A stretch of 63,724 nucleotides of DNA, filler included, from Desulfonatronovibrionaceae bacterium (lineage in GTDB: Bacteria; Desulfobacterota; Desulfovibrionia; Desulfovibrionales; Desulfonatronovibrionaceae), in NCBI GenBank assembly GCA_046539845.1. It is 4 parts of 4 records of this genome, joined end to end, with 100 filler letters (N's around TTAATTAATTAA, not from the genome) between each part and the next. Parts side by side here need not be neighbours in the genome. Positions count along the whole stretch, not along the records: positions 1 to 17,016 come from JBKHGE010000042.1; positions 17,117 to 33,754 come from JBKHGE010000043.1; 2 more parts are not named here. One strand, given 5' to 3'. Positions 10,143 through 20,818 of this stretch are shown here, piece by piece (position 1 is the stretch's first letter; each line of letters opens with the position of its first letter). The translations under genes and the position numbers were made by a program. The notes beneath the pieces were generated by a model. The model was not told where the DNA came from and did not search any database. It saw only the letters and a program-made list of their open reading frames with translations.

Positions 10143-11297
10143 ATGCAGATTAAGAGTAGTTTGAATCTGGTGTTGATCCTTGTACTGGTTTTCCTCTTCG
10201 CCGCCTGTGGGGAAGCTGAAGACAGCAGGTCTGAGGATGACTCTGAAGCCGGTTTTGAGCACATAGAAGATGACACCGGCAGGACAGTCCGCGTGCCTGC
10301 GGATGTGGAGCATATTGTCTGCTCCGGCCCGGGGTGTTTGCGGTTGGTCACTTATCTTGACGCCCAGGATATGGTCGTGGCCGTGGACGATATCGAGACC
10401 AGGGAAACCGAGTTTGATGCCCGGCCCTATGCCCTGGCCAATCCTCAGTTTCAAGAGAAGCCCATATTCGGACAGTTCCGCGGATTCGACAATCCGGAGC
10501 TGATTCTCGGTCTAAAGACACAGCCGGATGTGATTCTCAAGACCTACCCGAAGATGGGCCATGATCCAGCCGAGCTGCAGGAAAAAACGAAGATCCCGGT
10601 CGTAGCCATGAATTACGGCACCTTTGTCCGCTACCGGGATCAGCTGTACAATACCCTGCGTACCTTTGGCCGCATCCTGAACCGAAAGGAGCGGGCCAAC
10701 GAGGTGGTGGACTTTTTTGAGAACGAGATAGAAAGGCTTAAGCGGCAAACTTCGGATGTCCCAGAAGAGGAGAAAAAGACCTGTTTTGTGGGCGGGATTG
10801 CCTTTAAAGGACCGCACGGTTTTCAGTCCACCGAGCCGGAATATCCGCCTTTTGTATTCACCAACGCCCGGAGCGTGGTCCGGGGGGGCAGCGAGGGCCG
10901 GGGGGATGTCCCCGGCCATACTGACGTGGCTAAAGAGAAGATAGTGGAGTGGGACCCCGAGGTGTTGTTTCTGGACCTGTCCACCATTCAAAACAGGGGG
11001 GAAGCCAGCGCCCTGTATCAGCTGCGCCATGACCCCGCCTATCAGCGCCTTTCGGCTGTAAAAGACAATCGGGTATATGCAGTCCTGCCCTACAACTGGT
11101 ATGCGCAAAACTTCGGCTCTATTCTCGCTGATGCCTATTTTGTGGGCAAAGTCCTGTATCCAAAGCGCTTCCAGGACATTGACCCCAAAGAGGAGGCGGA
11201 TCGTATCTACTCCTTTCTGGTGGGCGAGGAGGTGTTCGCGGACATGAATACTGTTTTCGGCGAGCAGGCATTCGAGCCCATTGATACGAGGAATTGA
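10143..11297 (+). CDS. Iron/cobalamin-type ABC transporter substrate-binding lipoprotein
   Basis: Lipobox FAAC, DDTGRTV and class III periplasmic binding protein pattern; RBS AAGGAG. Confidence 0.85.
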   Translation: MQIKSSLNLVLILVLVFLFAACGEAEDSRSEDDSEAGFEHIEDDTGRTVRVPADVEHIVCSGPGCLRLVTYLDAQDMVVAVDDIETRETEFDARPYALANPQFQEKPIFGQFRGFDNPELILGLKTQPDVILKTYPKMGHDPAELQEKTKIPVVAMNYGTFVRYRDQLYNTLRTFGRILNRKERANEVVDFFENEIERLKRQTSDVPEEEKKTCFVGGIAFKGPHGFQSTEPEYPPFVFTNARSVVRGGSEGRGDVPGHTDVAKEKIVEWDPEVLFLDLSTIQNRGEASALYQLRHDPAYQRLSAVKDNRVYAVLPYNWYAQNFGSILADAYFVGKVLYPKRFQDIDPKEEADRIYSFLVGEEVFADMNTVFGEQAFEPIDTRN

Positions 11298-12367
11298 TGC
11301 ATTTCAAAGACGGTACTGTCCCGGCTGAATACAGCCGCTATGTCGGCCGTAAGGCGTTTTTTGTCCTGGTCTGCCTCTTGGCTCTGGCTTTTTTGCTGGT
11401 ATTGAGTGTTTCTCTGGGCGCTGTGTACATACCTTTCCCAGAGGTGATAAAGACGTTTTTCGTCCCGGGCGGACAGATCCAGGAGGCGACCATAATCTGG
11501 GGTATTAGGCTGCCTCAGGCCCTGACTGCTATAGTGGCCGGGGCGGCCTTGTCTATAGCCGGGGCGGTCATGCAGTCCATCCTGCGCAACCCCTTGGGTT
11601 CGCCATTTACCCTGGGCATCTCCCATGCGGCAGCGTTCGGGGCCGCTCTTTCGGTCATTTTCTTCGGGGCCGGTCAGATGGGCAGCACCGGGACTGATGC
11701 AGTCATCCTGAACAGTCCGTATCTGACCACGTTTTTTGCCTTTGCCTTTTGCTTGGCGGCCACCGGGGTGATCATGGGTATTGCCCGCATCCGCGGGGCC
11801 TCGCCCGAGGTCATGATCCTGGCCGGAGTGGCCCTGGGGGCCCTTTTTACTGCTGCGACTATGTTTTTGCAGTACTTTGCCGATGACGTACAGCTGGCGG
11901 CTATGGTTTTCTGGACTTTTGGTGACGTGGGCCGCGCGGATTGGAATGAGCTGAGCATAATGGCCGGGGTGACCGCGATTTCCAGCCTATATTTCTTTAT
12001 CAACCGCTGGAACTACAACGCGATGGACGCCGGGGACGAGACAGCCAAGAGCCTGGGCGTGCCGGTGAAAAGGGTCCGCTTGACCGGCATGCTCACGGCC
12101 AGTCTTATCACCGCAGTGGTCATTTCTTTTTTGGGGGTCATCGGGTTTGTCGGTCTGGTTTGTCCGCATATTGTCCGCCGCATTATCGGAGACGATCATC
12201 GATTCCTGCTCCCGGCCTCCATCCTGGTCGGCGGACTCCTCCTTCTGGCCTCTGATACCGCAGCCAGGCTCATGCTGGCCCCGACTGTCTTACCGGTTTC
12301 CATTCTGACCGCGTTTCTGGGTGCCCCGGTGTTTATCTATCTTTTGATCAAGGGGTATAAGCGGTGA
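11297..12367 (+). CDS. FecCD/BtuC-family ABC permease
   Basis: IRLP, LRNPLGSPFTLGIS and GVIGFVGLVCPH. Confidence 0.92.
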   Translation: MHFKDGTVPAEYSRYVGRKAFFVLVCLLALAFLLVLSVSLGAVYIPFPEVIKTFFVPGGQIQEATIIWGIRLPQALTAIVAGAALSIAGAVMQSILRNPLGSPFTLGISHAAAFGAALSVIFFGAGQMGSTGTDAVILNSPYLTTFFAFAFCLAATGVIMGIARIRGASPEVMILAGVALGALFTAATMFLQYFADDVQLAAMVFWTFGDVGRADWNELSIMAGVTAISSLYFFINRWNYNAMDAGDETAKSLGVPVKRVRLTGMLTASLITAVVISFLGVIGFVGLVCPHIVRRIIGDDHRFLLPASILVGGLLLLASDTAARLMLAPTVLPVSILTAFLGAPVFIYLLIKGYKR

Positions 12368-12388
12368 TTTTTTGATTGGAGAGACAAT

Positions 12389-13144
12389 ATGCAAATGAAT
12401 GTCTGTGGCGTGTGCTTCAGTTATAATAGCCATCCGGTGCTTGAGGATATAGATTTTGAGGTCGACCGTGGGGAAATTCTGGCGGTCATGGGCCCGAACG
12501 GGGTGGGCAAAACCACTTTGCTTAAGTGCATGAACGATATCCTCACCCCGGGACGGGGAAGTGTGTATGTCCTGAGAGAGGATGTCCGGCGCCTGGAAGG
12601 ATCGGATATAGCCAGGAAAATGGGCTATGTGCCCCAGAAGGCGGAGATTGGTCGAATAACCGTTTTTGATGCTATACTCATGGGCCGCAAGCCACATATC
12701 AGATGGAAGATAAGTGAGCACGACTTGAAGGTGGTGGACGCGGCGGTAAAAAAGCTGGGCATGCAGGAGATGTCTTTGAGATATTTGGATCAGTTGAGCG
12801 GCGGGGAGGTGCAGAAGGTGAATATTGCCCGGGCCCTGGTCCAGGAACCAGCTGTTTTGCTTTTGGACGAGCCCACCAGTTCCCTGGATTTGAAGAATCA
12901 GCAGGAGATACTCAAGCTGGTCCGGCAGGTGGTCCGGGAGCATTCGGTGGCAGCTGTTTTGACCATGCACAGCCTAAACACAGCCCTGCGTTTTGCGGAT
13001 AAATTTCTGTTTATAAAACAGGGGCGGATCTTTGCCGGCACGGATCGAAGCGGGGTTACCCCGGAGATAATCAGTCAGGTCTATGGAGTCCCTGTTGATA
13101 TCCATTATTTACAGGGCAATCCGGTGGTGGTGCCCACAAATTGA
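12389..13144 (+). CDS. ABC transporter ATP-binding protein (FecE/BtuD type)
   Basis: GPNGVGKT, LSGGE and LLLDEPT. Confidence 0.93.
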   Translation: MQMNVCGVCFSYNSHPVLEDIDFEVDRGEILAVMGPNGVGKTTLLKCMNDILTPGRGSVYVLREDVRRLEGSDIARKMGYVPQKAEIGRITVFDAILMGRKPHIRWKISEHDLKVVDAAVKKLGMQEMSLRYLDQLSGGEVQKVNIARALVQEPAVLLLDEPTSSLDLKNQQEILKLVRQVVREHSVAAVLTMHSLNTALRFADKFLFIKQGRIFAGTDRSGVTPEIISQVYGVPVDIHYLQGNPVVVPTN

Positions 13145-13211
13145 TTCTGCCTCCAGTTCTCCTGTTTGCTTTGGCTTGTCTTGACTTAAGCACATAGGCC
13201 GAGTCCGACCG

Positions 13212-13403
13212 GTGTGCAATGAATATCCGTCCTTGGTCGTCCTGGAAGACCTGGCCTGCGGTTGCCGGGTGATAGCCACTGCTTTGTCCGGAACAAGGGA
13301 GCTGGCTGGCGGACTTGGTGCGGAGTGTCGAGCTTGTTTAATCCCCGCGTGTACTTCAGGGGGAATGATCTACCCCAAAGACAAGGCCGAATTTGAGATT
13401 TGA
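13212..13403 (+). pseudogene. Probable glycosyltransferase family 4 C-terminal remnant
   Basis: EYPSLVVLEDLACGCRVIAT resembles the GT4 E-G-x-P-L-V-x-L-E-A-x-A-C-G motif; no N-terminus or RBS. Confidence 0.5.
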
Positions 13404-13644
13404 CCGGCCGGGTGTATACAGTGACAAATCGCCCGGGTGAGCAAGAATCCGGATATCGATCTAAATCCGGTTCAGATCAGGCTTGAGTCCTATACTTGGT
13501 CTGAGGTATACGAAAAGATGCATGCAGTTTATACAGGCGTTTTGGGCCAAGTCCTGTTTTGATAACCAAAGGAGGTCTTCAATTGTGGCATAAATGGCGG
13601 CAGGCAAGGCTGATTGCCATACACGGAGCCCGGAGGCAAAAGAA

Positions 13645-14733
13645 ATGTCCGGCTTCCGGAAGTTAGCGCTCGCGTCAGCGACAGTTTTTTGTTTGTCTTT
13701 TTTTGTTTCTGCTGCCTCGGATGCTGAGATATATAAGTATAAAACAAAGGATGGTGTGTGGCATTTTGTAGATATCCCGGATCAAAGTGATTTGAACGCC
13801 AGTGTAAAAAGAGTTTCCGGCAAATCTTCCGGAAGGGTGAAGCCCCTTTTTAATTCTGCCCCGCCTGAAGGGGAGGTGCAAAAGGCCACGCGTGCGGTAG
13901 TAACCATTTATTCATCCCGGGGATTCGGGTCCGGATTTTTTGTCACTGAAAACGGCCATATCCTTACCAACAAACATGTTATTCACGGCAGCAAAGACAA
14001 GACTGCGGCGGAGAAAAACAGGCTTGAAGAACAGGAAAATTATTTTCAGCAATTCGCTGCTAGATTAAAGGAGCGGAAGAAGGAAATCGAGGAATACAAA
14101 CGGGAAATCGAGGCATTTAAGCAGAGAATCGCGAGGATTTCGGATTCAAAAAGAAAAGACGCCTTGTTGAATAGATATAAAAAGTATCAACAAAGACACG
14201 CAAAAATGCTTAAAGATTACCGCAAGCACCGTGAGCGGTTCCGGACCGAAAAACAGCGTTTTGAAGCAGAGAGAACCCATTATAAGTACTCCTTGGCCAA
14301 TTCCGCTTTGAACAAGAGTTTTAAGATAGAACTCAAGGACGGCCGCAAGTTTCAGGGCCATGTGGTCTGCGAGAGTCAGAGGCTGGATCTGGCCCTTTTA
14401 AAGCTGGATGGATACAAGACCCCGTATATAGAGCCGGCTGTAGAGATCAGCCAAAGCATGCCTGTTTACGCCATAGGCTCGCCTAAAGGGCTGAAGGATA
14501 CGGTCAGCCGAGGGATTGTTTCCGGCCGGAAAAACGGCTTTATCCAGACAGATGCCAGCATCTATCCCGGAAACAGCGGCGGGCCCCTGGTAAACGAGTC
14601 CGGTCAGGTGGTGGGGGTCAACACCTTAAAGGAACTTACCCGCAGATTCGAGGGGCTGGGTTTTGCCATCCCCATCCGAGCGGCACTTTCTGAGTTTTCC
14701 AAATGGGTGGGAGAGGGCGGGACGGTAGAATAA
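13645..14733 (+). CDS. Secreted trypsin-like serine protease with DUF4124-like N-terminus and coiled-coil insert
   Basis: Signal peptide, EIYKYKTKDGVWHF, GSGF, TNKHV, DLALLK and GNSGGP. Confidence 0.85.
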   Translation: MSGFRKLALASATVFCLSFFVSAASDAEIYKYKTKDGVWHFVDIPDQSDLNASVKRVSGKSSGRVKPLFNSAPPEGEVQKATRAVVTIYSSRGFGSGFFVTENGHILTNKHVIHGSKDKTAAEKNRLEEQENYFQQFAARLKERKKEIEEYKREIEAFKQRIARISDSKRKDALLNRYKKYQQRHAKMLKDYRKHRERFRTEKQRFEAERTHYKYSLANSALNKSFKIELKDGRKFQGHVVCESQRLDLALLKLDGYKTPYIEPAVEISQSMPVYAIGSPKGLKDTVSRGIVSGRKNGFIQTDASIYPGNSGGPLVNESGQVVGVNTLKELTRRFEGLGFAIPIRAALSEFSKWVGEGGTVE

Positions 14734-14885
14734 GTCTTAATAGCCCGTTGTAAAAGAACTTGTCTAGCAGACCGGTTGAAAACCCCAGGACACGGTGGAA
14801 AAAATTCAGCTTTCTGATAACCCTTATGGATTTCAATGCCTTATCCGTCTCTCCGGGAGCCGGGAGAGTTATATGCTGCCGGGGT

Positions 14886-16721
14886 TTATGTCTGCCGGTC
14901 TTTTTCTTTGAGGAGGCTGTAGACCTCCTCTCCGGGGATCTCCTCTTCGTGCAGAAGCTTTTCCGCCAGCCTGTCCAGGATTTGGCGTCTTTGTGAGAGG
15001 ACTTTTTCCGCCCTGGTGTAGGCCTTGTCGAGCAAAGACTCCACTTCCTGGTCCACTTCCCGGGCAGTGTTTTCACTGTATTCCCGGGGCCTTCCCAGTT
15101 CCTCGCCCAAAAATATTTGCTCTTTTCTGCCTCCCAGGGCCATGTGCTCGAACCTCCCGCTCATGCCCCATTCCAAGACCATTTGCCTAGCCATCTGCGT
15201 GGCCTGCTGTAGATCGTTGCCCGCCCCGCTGGTGGCGGTGGAAAAGACTAAGACCTCCGCGGCCCGGCCGCCCATTATCACCGCCAGACGGTCCAGGAGA
15301 TAGTCGCGTTCGTATATATATTTCTCCTCCTCCGGGAGTTGCTGGGTGACTCCCATGGACTGGGTGCGGGGAACGATGGACACCTTGTGTATAGGATCCG
15401 CCTTTTTCATACTGGCCCCGACAATTGCGTGTCCGGCCTCGTGATAGGCCACGATCTTTTTTTCTTCTTCGCTCATGGACAAGCCCTCCCGGACCAGACC
15501 CATGAGGATTTTGTCCCTGGCCTCCTCTATGATTTGGTTGTTTATGGAATTCATCTCTCTTCTGGCCGCCAGAATAGCGGCCTCGTTGAGCAGGTTCTCC
15601 AGGTCCGCACCGGAAAATCCGGGTGTCCCCCGGGCCAGACGATCCAGGTCCACGTCCGGATCGAACTTTTTGTTTTGGCCATAAACCGATAGTATTTCTT
15701 TGCGGTCTTTGGTGTTCGGGAGGTCCACGATTATGCGCCGGTCAAAACGTCCGGGCCGCAGAAGTGCCTGGTCCAGTATGTCTGGTCTGTTCGTGGCGCA
15801 CATGACGATCACATCCTGGGTTTCCTCGAATCCGTCCAGTTCAGCCAAAAGCTGATTCAAGGTCTGTTCCCGCTCATCGTGTCCCCCGCCGAGTCCGGCA
15901 CCGCGTCTGCGGCCAATGGAGTCTATCTCGTCAATAAAAATAATGCTCGGGGCGTTTTTTTTGGCCTCTTCGAACAGGTTACGCACCCGCTTGGCCCCGA
16001 CCCCGACGAACATTTCCATGAAATCAGATCCGGTGATGGAGAAAAAAGGTGCGTCCGCCTCTCCGGCCACGGCCCGGGCTAGAAGGGTTTTTCCGGTCCC
16101 GGGCGGTCCGACCAGCATGATGCCTTTGGGTACCTTGCCACCCAAAGATCGGATGCGTTCCGGCTCTTTGAGATATGAGACCACTTCCTGAAGCTCTGTT
16201 TTCGGGCCTTCGGCCCCGGCCACGTCTTCAAATGTGGTCTTTTCCTGGCTGCGGTCGTAAAGCCTGGCCTGGCTTTTGCCAATGGAAAAAAGACCTCCAC
16301 CCTGCCCCTGCATCCTTTTGTACTGTACAAAGAGGATAAAAAACAAAAATAAAAAGGGCAAAAGCAGGATAATGGATTCCCATGTTGAGCTTTCGGGTTC
16401 CGGCCGGGTCTGGATATCCACCCCTTTGTCTTCGAGGGTGTTCAAGAGGTTTTGGTCTCCGAAAGAGGGCAGATAGGTGACAAAATGCGAGTACTCGGAA
16501 CCGGGCCCATCTTTGTCGGCCTTGGCCTCAACCGGCTGCTTGAGCCGGCCCTCAAGCTTGTCTCCCTGGACAGTGACTTTTTGTATGTTCTCCTTTTTGA
16601 GCTGGTTTATAAAGGTGGTGTAGCTTATCTGGCGGATACTGGTGCTTTGCTGGTAATATTGCCATCCAAACAAGAGCAAAAAGAGTAATATGACTATTCC
16701 CCAGCTGGTATTTCGATCCAT
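14886..16721 (-). CDS. ftsH: ATP-dependent zinc metalloprotease FtsH
   Basis: Two TM segments, [24 protein letters not shown] and HEAGH; RBS AAGGAG before ATG 16721. Confidence 0.95.
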   Translation of the reverse strand: MDRNTSWGIVILLFLLLFGWQYYQQSTSIRQISYTTFINQLKKENIQKVTVQGDKLEGRLKQPVEAKADKDGPGSEYSHFVTYLPSFGDQNLLNTLEDKGVDIQTRPEPESSTWESIILLLPFLFLFFILFVQYKRMQGQGGGLFSIGKSQARLYDRSQEKTTFEDVAGAEGPKTELQEVVSYLKEPERIRSLGGKVPKGIMLVGPPGTGKTLLARAVAGEADAPFFSITGSDFMEMFVGVGAKRVRNLFEEAKKNAPSIIFIDEIDSIGRRRGAGLGGGHDEREQTLNQLLAELDGFEETQDVIVMCATNRPDILDQALLRPGRFDRRIIVDLPNTKDRKEILSVYGQNKKFDPDVDLDRLARGTPGFSGADLENLLNEAAILAARREMNSINNQIIEEARDKILMGLVREGLSMSEEEKKIVAYHEAGHAIVGASMKKADPIHKVSIVPRTQSMGVTQQLPEEEKYIYERDYLLDRLAVIMGGRAAEVLVFSTATSGAGNDLQQATQMARQMVLEWGMSGRFEHMALGGRKEQIFLGEELGRPREYSENTAREVDQEVESLLDKAYTRAEKVLSQRRQILDRLAEKLLHEEEIPGEEVYSLLKEKDRQT

Positions 16722-16967
16722 AGGTTGCTCCTTATCCGGAATATTCCCGGTATACATACCGAACCGGGGCCGGATTTTTCAGCAGAATACTTGGCCCAGG
16801 CCGCCTGTTCATGCAGGCAGCAGGTCTTAATATAAAAAAGAGGGTTAACTACTATTATATATCTGTCAATAACTGAGCGGATATCCAGAAAGTCTGTCTT
16901 CAGGAGAGGGACTCGGATCACAGGACAAGTATTTCGTGTTTATCCGTTCATTTGTTTTTTAAACCCT

Positions 16968-17167
16968 TGTACCGGTCAACAGTTATTTGGACACCAGTGA
17001 CCACTAATTCAGGCTGNNNNNNNNNNNNNNNNNNNNNNNNNNNNNNNNNNNNNNNNNNNNTTAATTAATTAANNNNNNNNNNNNNNNNNNNNNNNNNNNN
17101 NNNNNNNNNNNNNNNNCGACATGCCATACTCCTAATTTGGTGTCCAAACTAATTGTAACCCGGGCCA
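16968..17167 (-). mobile_element. IS3-family insertion sequence (ends only; body lost in the assembly gap)
   Basis: TG...CA termini with imperfect inverted repeats (TGTACCGGTCAACAGTTATTTGGACACCA vs rc TGGCCCGGGTTACAATTAGTTTGGACACCA). CCCT direct repeats at 16964-16967 and 17168-17171. AGGAG plus ATG (17122, minus) points into the gap. Confidence 0.8.
17017..17116. other. Assembly gap with artificial linker
   Basis: N run containing TTAATTAATTAA. Confidence 0.99.
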
Positions 17168-17196
17168 CCCTTAATCTTTCATCAAAGGGCTAATCA

Positions 17197-18309
17197 ATGC
17201 AGTTTCCCTCTTTCGATCTGGAGCGTTATCTGGACCGCTATGAATTCAAGGCCCCGTATCTTTTGTGCTGCTCGGACTGCGAATCCTTGAGCGTGGGCAA
17301 TCTTTTGGCCCGGGAACCGGGCTCGGAAAAGAGGTTTTTGGATCTCGGGCTCGGCTATACCGAGAGCCCCGGGGATCCGGAGTTAAGGGCCCTGGCCGCT
17401 GACCTGCACGGGGAGAGCGATGCCGATAGGGCACTTCTTTTTGCCGGGGCCGAGGAAGGTATTTACAATTTCATGCATGTCCTTCTTGAGCCGGGGGACG
17501 AGGTGGTGGTCCAGTGGCCGTGCTATCAATCCCTTTTTCAGATCGCGGAGAATATCGGCTGCCGAGTCAGGAGATGGCCGGTTTCCTTTGCCGGAGAATG
17601 GCGGGCTGATATTGATCAGCTGCGGGAGTTGACCAATTCCAAGACCCGCCTGGTGGTGATCAACAATCCGCATAATCCCACCGGGGCCTTGATGGACTCC
17701 TCCCAGATGCGGGAAGTGGTTTTTATTTGCGAAAAACACGGCGCCTATCTCTTTTCCGACGAGGTTTACCGCGGCCTTGATCATGAGGTGGCTCCCTTGC
17801 CCGCGGCCGCAGCTGTTTACGACCGGGGCGTTTCCCTGGGAGTAATGTCCAAGACATACGGCCTGGCCGGACTGCGCATTGGCTGGGTGGTAAGCAGGGA
17901 CAAGCATCTCCTGGGTCGGATGCAGGCCTTTAAGGATTATACCAGCATTTGCAACAGTGCCCCGAGCGAGTTCTTGGCCAAGGTGGCCCTGAAAAACGCC
18001 GGGGCGATTGCGGAGAAGAATCTGGAGATAATCCGCTCCAACCTTGCCCTTTTAAAGGATTTTTTTGCCAGGCATGAGGATCTTTTTGAATGGCTCCCGC
18101 CCAGTGCCGGTCCGATTGCTTTTCCCCGCCTGGTTTCCGAAGAGTCGGATTCCTTTTGCCGGGACCTGGTCCAAGAAACCGGGGTTCTTCTCCTTCCCGG
18201 GTCAGTCTATGGCCGGGAATATGCAGCTCATTTCCGCATCGGTTTCGGCCGGGCCAACATGCCTGTGTGTCTGGAGGTGCTGGAAAAATATCTGGGATGT
18301 GTTTCTTAA
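17197..18309 (+). CDS. Class I/II PLP-dependent aminotransferase
   Basis: NNPHNPTG, SDEVY, SKTYGLAGLRIGW and FRIGFG. Confidence 0.92.
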   Translation: MQFPSFDLERYLDRYEFKAPYLLCCSDCESLSVGNLLAREPGSEKRFLDLGLGYTESPGDPELRALAADLHGESDADRALLFAGAEEGIYNFMHVLLEPGDEVVVQWPCYQSLFQIAENIGCRVRRWPVSFAGEWRADIDQLRELTNSKTRLVVINNPHNPTGALMDSSQMREVVFICEKHGAYLFSDEVYRGLDHEVAPLPAAAAVYDRGVSLGVMSKTYGLAGLRIGWVVSRDKHLLGRMQAFKDYTSICNSAPSEFLAKVALKNAGAIAEKNLEIIRSNLALLKDFFARHEDLFEWLPPSAGPIAFPRLVSEESDSFCRDLVQETGVLLLPGSVYGREYAAHFRIGFGRANMPVCLEVLEKYLGCVS

Positions 18310-18426
18310 CCACTTAAAACTTAACACATAATCACTTAATCACAATCCAAAGGCCGACAATTCCCTTTGCTTTTTGTTCCCTTGCCGTTGTATGGGGGTT
18401 TATCCGCAATTTAAATCGGAAAGGGC

Positions 18427-19206
18427 ATGTCTGATATTTTTGTGCATATAATAGGCCGCAGTGTTTTGAACCGACTGGCTTCCTGGCGGATGATCCTGCA
18501 TCTGCTCTTGCAGGCTCTGGGCGCGGCTACACGCTTTTCCCTATTCAACCACGCCGTATTCCGCGTCTTTGTTCGGCAGGTATATTTTACTGGAGTGCAG
18601 GCGATCTTTTTGGTCTGTATATCCGCTTTGGTCATCGGTTCCATCCTGGTCAAGTACCTGCTTTCCTTTTTGACCAGTCTGAACGCCTACGATCGGGTGG
18701 GAGAGTTTCTGGTGTATATCGTGGCCCAGGAAGTGGGGCCGATTGTCTGTACCCTAATAATCCTGCTCCGTTCCGCGACCGCGGTCATTTCCGAGGTGGC
18801 CCTGATGAAGATAAATCACGAGTTCGATGCTCTGAACTTTATGGATATAGACATACTGGACTATGTCCATCTGCCCCGGATAACCTCCTTTCTGATCTGT
18901 GGGCCCTGTCTGACCTTTATTTTTTGCGCGGTTGCCTTGGTCGGAGGGTATCTGGTCCTAGGCTTCGGACAAAATATCACCTTTGACAGCTATATCAACC
19001 AGATCGTCTCCGCACTCAACGCCTCCGACTTTATTATCCTTTTGTTAAAGCCAGCGCTCATGGCCCTGGCTATAGTCCTGGTCGCCCTGCAAAAGGGGAT
19101 GGAGGTGCGTTCCTCTATCACCGAGGTGCCCATCCAGCTGATACAGGGCATGATAAACATAATTGTCCTGCTTATAATAATAGAGCTCATTTTTGGTATA
19201 TTCTGA
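18427..19206 (+). CDS. MlaE-family ABC permease
   Basis: RQVYFTGVQA, EVGP, SEVALMKINHEFDAL and LPRI; hydrophobic. Confidence 0.85.
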   Translation: MSDIFVHIIGRSVLNRLASWRMILHLLLQALGAATRFSLFNHAVFRVFVRQVYFTGVQAIFLVCISALVIGSILVKYLLSFLTSLNAYDRVGEFLVYIVAQEVGPIVCTLIILLRSATAVISEVALMKINHEFDALNFMDIDILDYVHLPRITSFLICGPCLTFIFCAVALVGGYLVLGFGQNITFDSYINQIVSALNASDFIILLLKPALMALAIVLVALQKGMEVRSSITEVPIQLIQGMINIIVLLIIIELIFGIF

Positions 19207-19712
19207 TGCAGGCGCATGATTTGCTAGGTTTTGATTCGCATTTGGCCCTGGTGTTCAGCTATCATGGCCGGGAGAATCTGCTTATTCATTCCATCAGCCA
19301 GTCCCAGGGGCATACAGGGATAATAAGTGATCGCCTGGCCCCGTTTGTTTCCAATATCAACCTGGCCGAGAATATCACCTTGCCCCTGCTGTATCATAAA
19401 AACGTTTCCCTGACCGCGGCTTTGAAAAAGATGGAGCTTTGGTTTAAGGCCCTGGAGCTAAGCGACGTCTTAACTGCGCCCAAGTATCAGCTAAGCCGTA
19501 AACAGCTTTTGGCCGGCTATCTGCTACGGTCCGCGGCCAGTGGAAATCGGGCGGTGTATGTGGATTGGCCCAGGATGTGGGAGGTGGATTTTTTTCTTGA
19601 CTGTCTGCATAAGATCGATAGCAGAATACAATTGTGGGTCCCGGTTGAGGAAGAGAGCATCCGGGAATTTGAGAGGCGGGGTTTTGAAGTTCGAGACATA
19701 AACCGGGATTGA
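19206..19712 (+). CDS. Degenerate/truncated ABC ATPase-like protein
   Basis: SNINLAENITLPL and a QLS... signature-like segment, but no Walker A motif; lies between mlaE-like and mlaD-like genes. Confidence 0.6.
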   Translation: MQAHDLLGFDSHLALVFSYHGRENLLIHSISQSQGHTGIISDRLAPFVSNINLAENITLPLLYHKNVSLTAALKKMELWFKALELSDVLTAPKYQLSRKQLLAGYLLRSAASGNRAVYVDWPRMWEVDFFLDCLHKIDSRIQLWVPVEEESIREFERRGFEVRDINRD

Positions 19713-19713
19713 T

Positions 19714-20694
19714 ATGGATGATTTCAGAAAAAAGGAGTTCAAGGTCGGGGTCTTTGTCCTGGGCGTTTTGGCTTGTGTAGTCGCTGTTTTCGTCTATGTA
19801 GGCGTAAAAAAGGATATATTTGCCGAGCGCATTGATTTTGTAATCCTCAGCTCCACTGGTGAGAACATCGAACGGGGAATCCCGGTCCGCCTTTCCGGGT
19901 TTAAGGTGGGCCAGGTGGAAGAAGTGGAATTGGCCAGCGTGGACTCAGTGCAAATAAGGATTCGTATCCTGGCCAGGTACCATAAGTGGTTCCGGGAGGA
20001 TACCCGGATTATCCTGGATCAGGAAGGAGTGATAGGGAACAGCTACCTCAAAGTGGTCCCCGGATCCCGTGATACCGCTAAGCTGGAGCCCGGGGCAAGC
20101 ATTACTTTGAGCAAGATAGCCGGAGTGAAAGAGCTTTTGGCTGAACTCGACCCAGTTTTGGAGGATTTGAAAGTTATAGTGGGCAACGTGCGCAATATAA
20201 CCGATCAATTCCTGGATCCGGAGGGGAGTATGCAGACGGTTCTGACCAATATGCAGGACATAACCAACAGGATAAGAGAAAACGAAGGACTCTTATATTA
20301 TATGACCGAGGATCCCCGACCAGTGGAAAAGATCGACACCATGCTGACCCGCATAGATTCGCTCATGCTCAGTATGGAGGGGCTGGCAAACAACGCCACG
20401 GCCCGGGTCGCAGACCTGGGTCCCATTGAGGAGGAGTTTTTGGGCATAACCAAGGATTCCCGGGAACTCGTACAGGAGTTTAAGGGCATAAGGGAGGATG
20501 TCTCCCCCACCCTGGACAATATCCAGCAGATAAGTGAGGACATCCGCCGTACGAGCAAGGATCTGTACCGCATGCGTCAGCAGACCGAATATACCATACG
20601 ATTGGGCAGCGATCTTTTGCAGGACATGCGCCAAAGCTGGATCTTTATGGATAAAAAGGGTCTGGATCCGGAACTCAGCTATCCGGACCCGTAG
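19714..20694 (+). CDS. MlaD/MCE-family protein
   Basis: N-terminal TM, GIPVRLSGFKVGQV and GVIGNSYL..PG; helical C-terminus. Confidence 0.88.
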   Translation: MDDFRKKEFKVGVFVLGVLACVVAVFVYVGVKKDIFAERIDFVILSSTGENIERGIPVRLSGFKVGQVEEVELASVDSVQIRIRILARYHKWFREDTRIILDQEGVIGNSYLKVVPGSRDTAKLEPGASITLSKIAGVKELLAELDPVLEDLKVIVGNVRNITDQFLDPEGSMQTVLTNMQDITNRIRENEGLLYYMTEDPRPVEKIDTMLTRIDSLMLSMEGLANNATARVADLGPIEEEFLGITKDSRELVQEFKGIREDVSPTLDNIQQISEDIRRTSKDLYRMRQQTEYTIRLGSDLLQDMRQSWIFMDKKGLDPELSYPDP

Positions 20695-20818
20695 TCGGCT
20701 AGATTCCCGCTGGATGTCGCCGCTGCCCAGGGCCGGGCGGGAGTAAAGATGAAGATAATTCAGGCGTTGCGGATCAGGGGGCTTAAAAGCGGACCCGGCG
20801 GCGAATCATGGGGGTATT

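Noticed and set aside
17061..17072. TTAATTAATTAA palindrome, repeated in all three gaps
   Set aside because: Artificial all-frame stop linker embedded in N runs.
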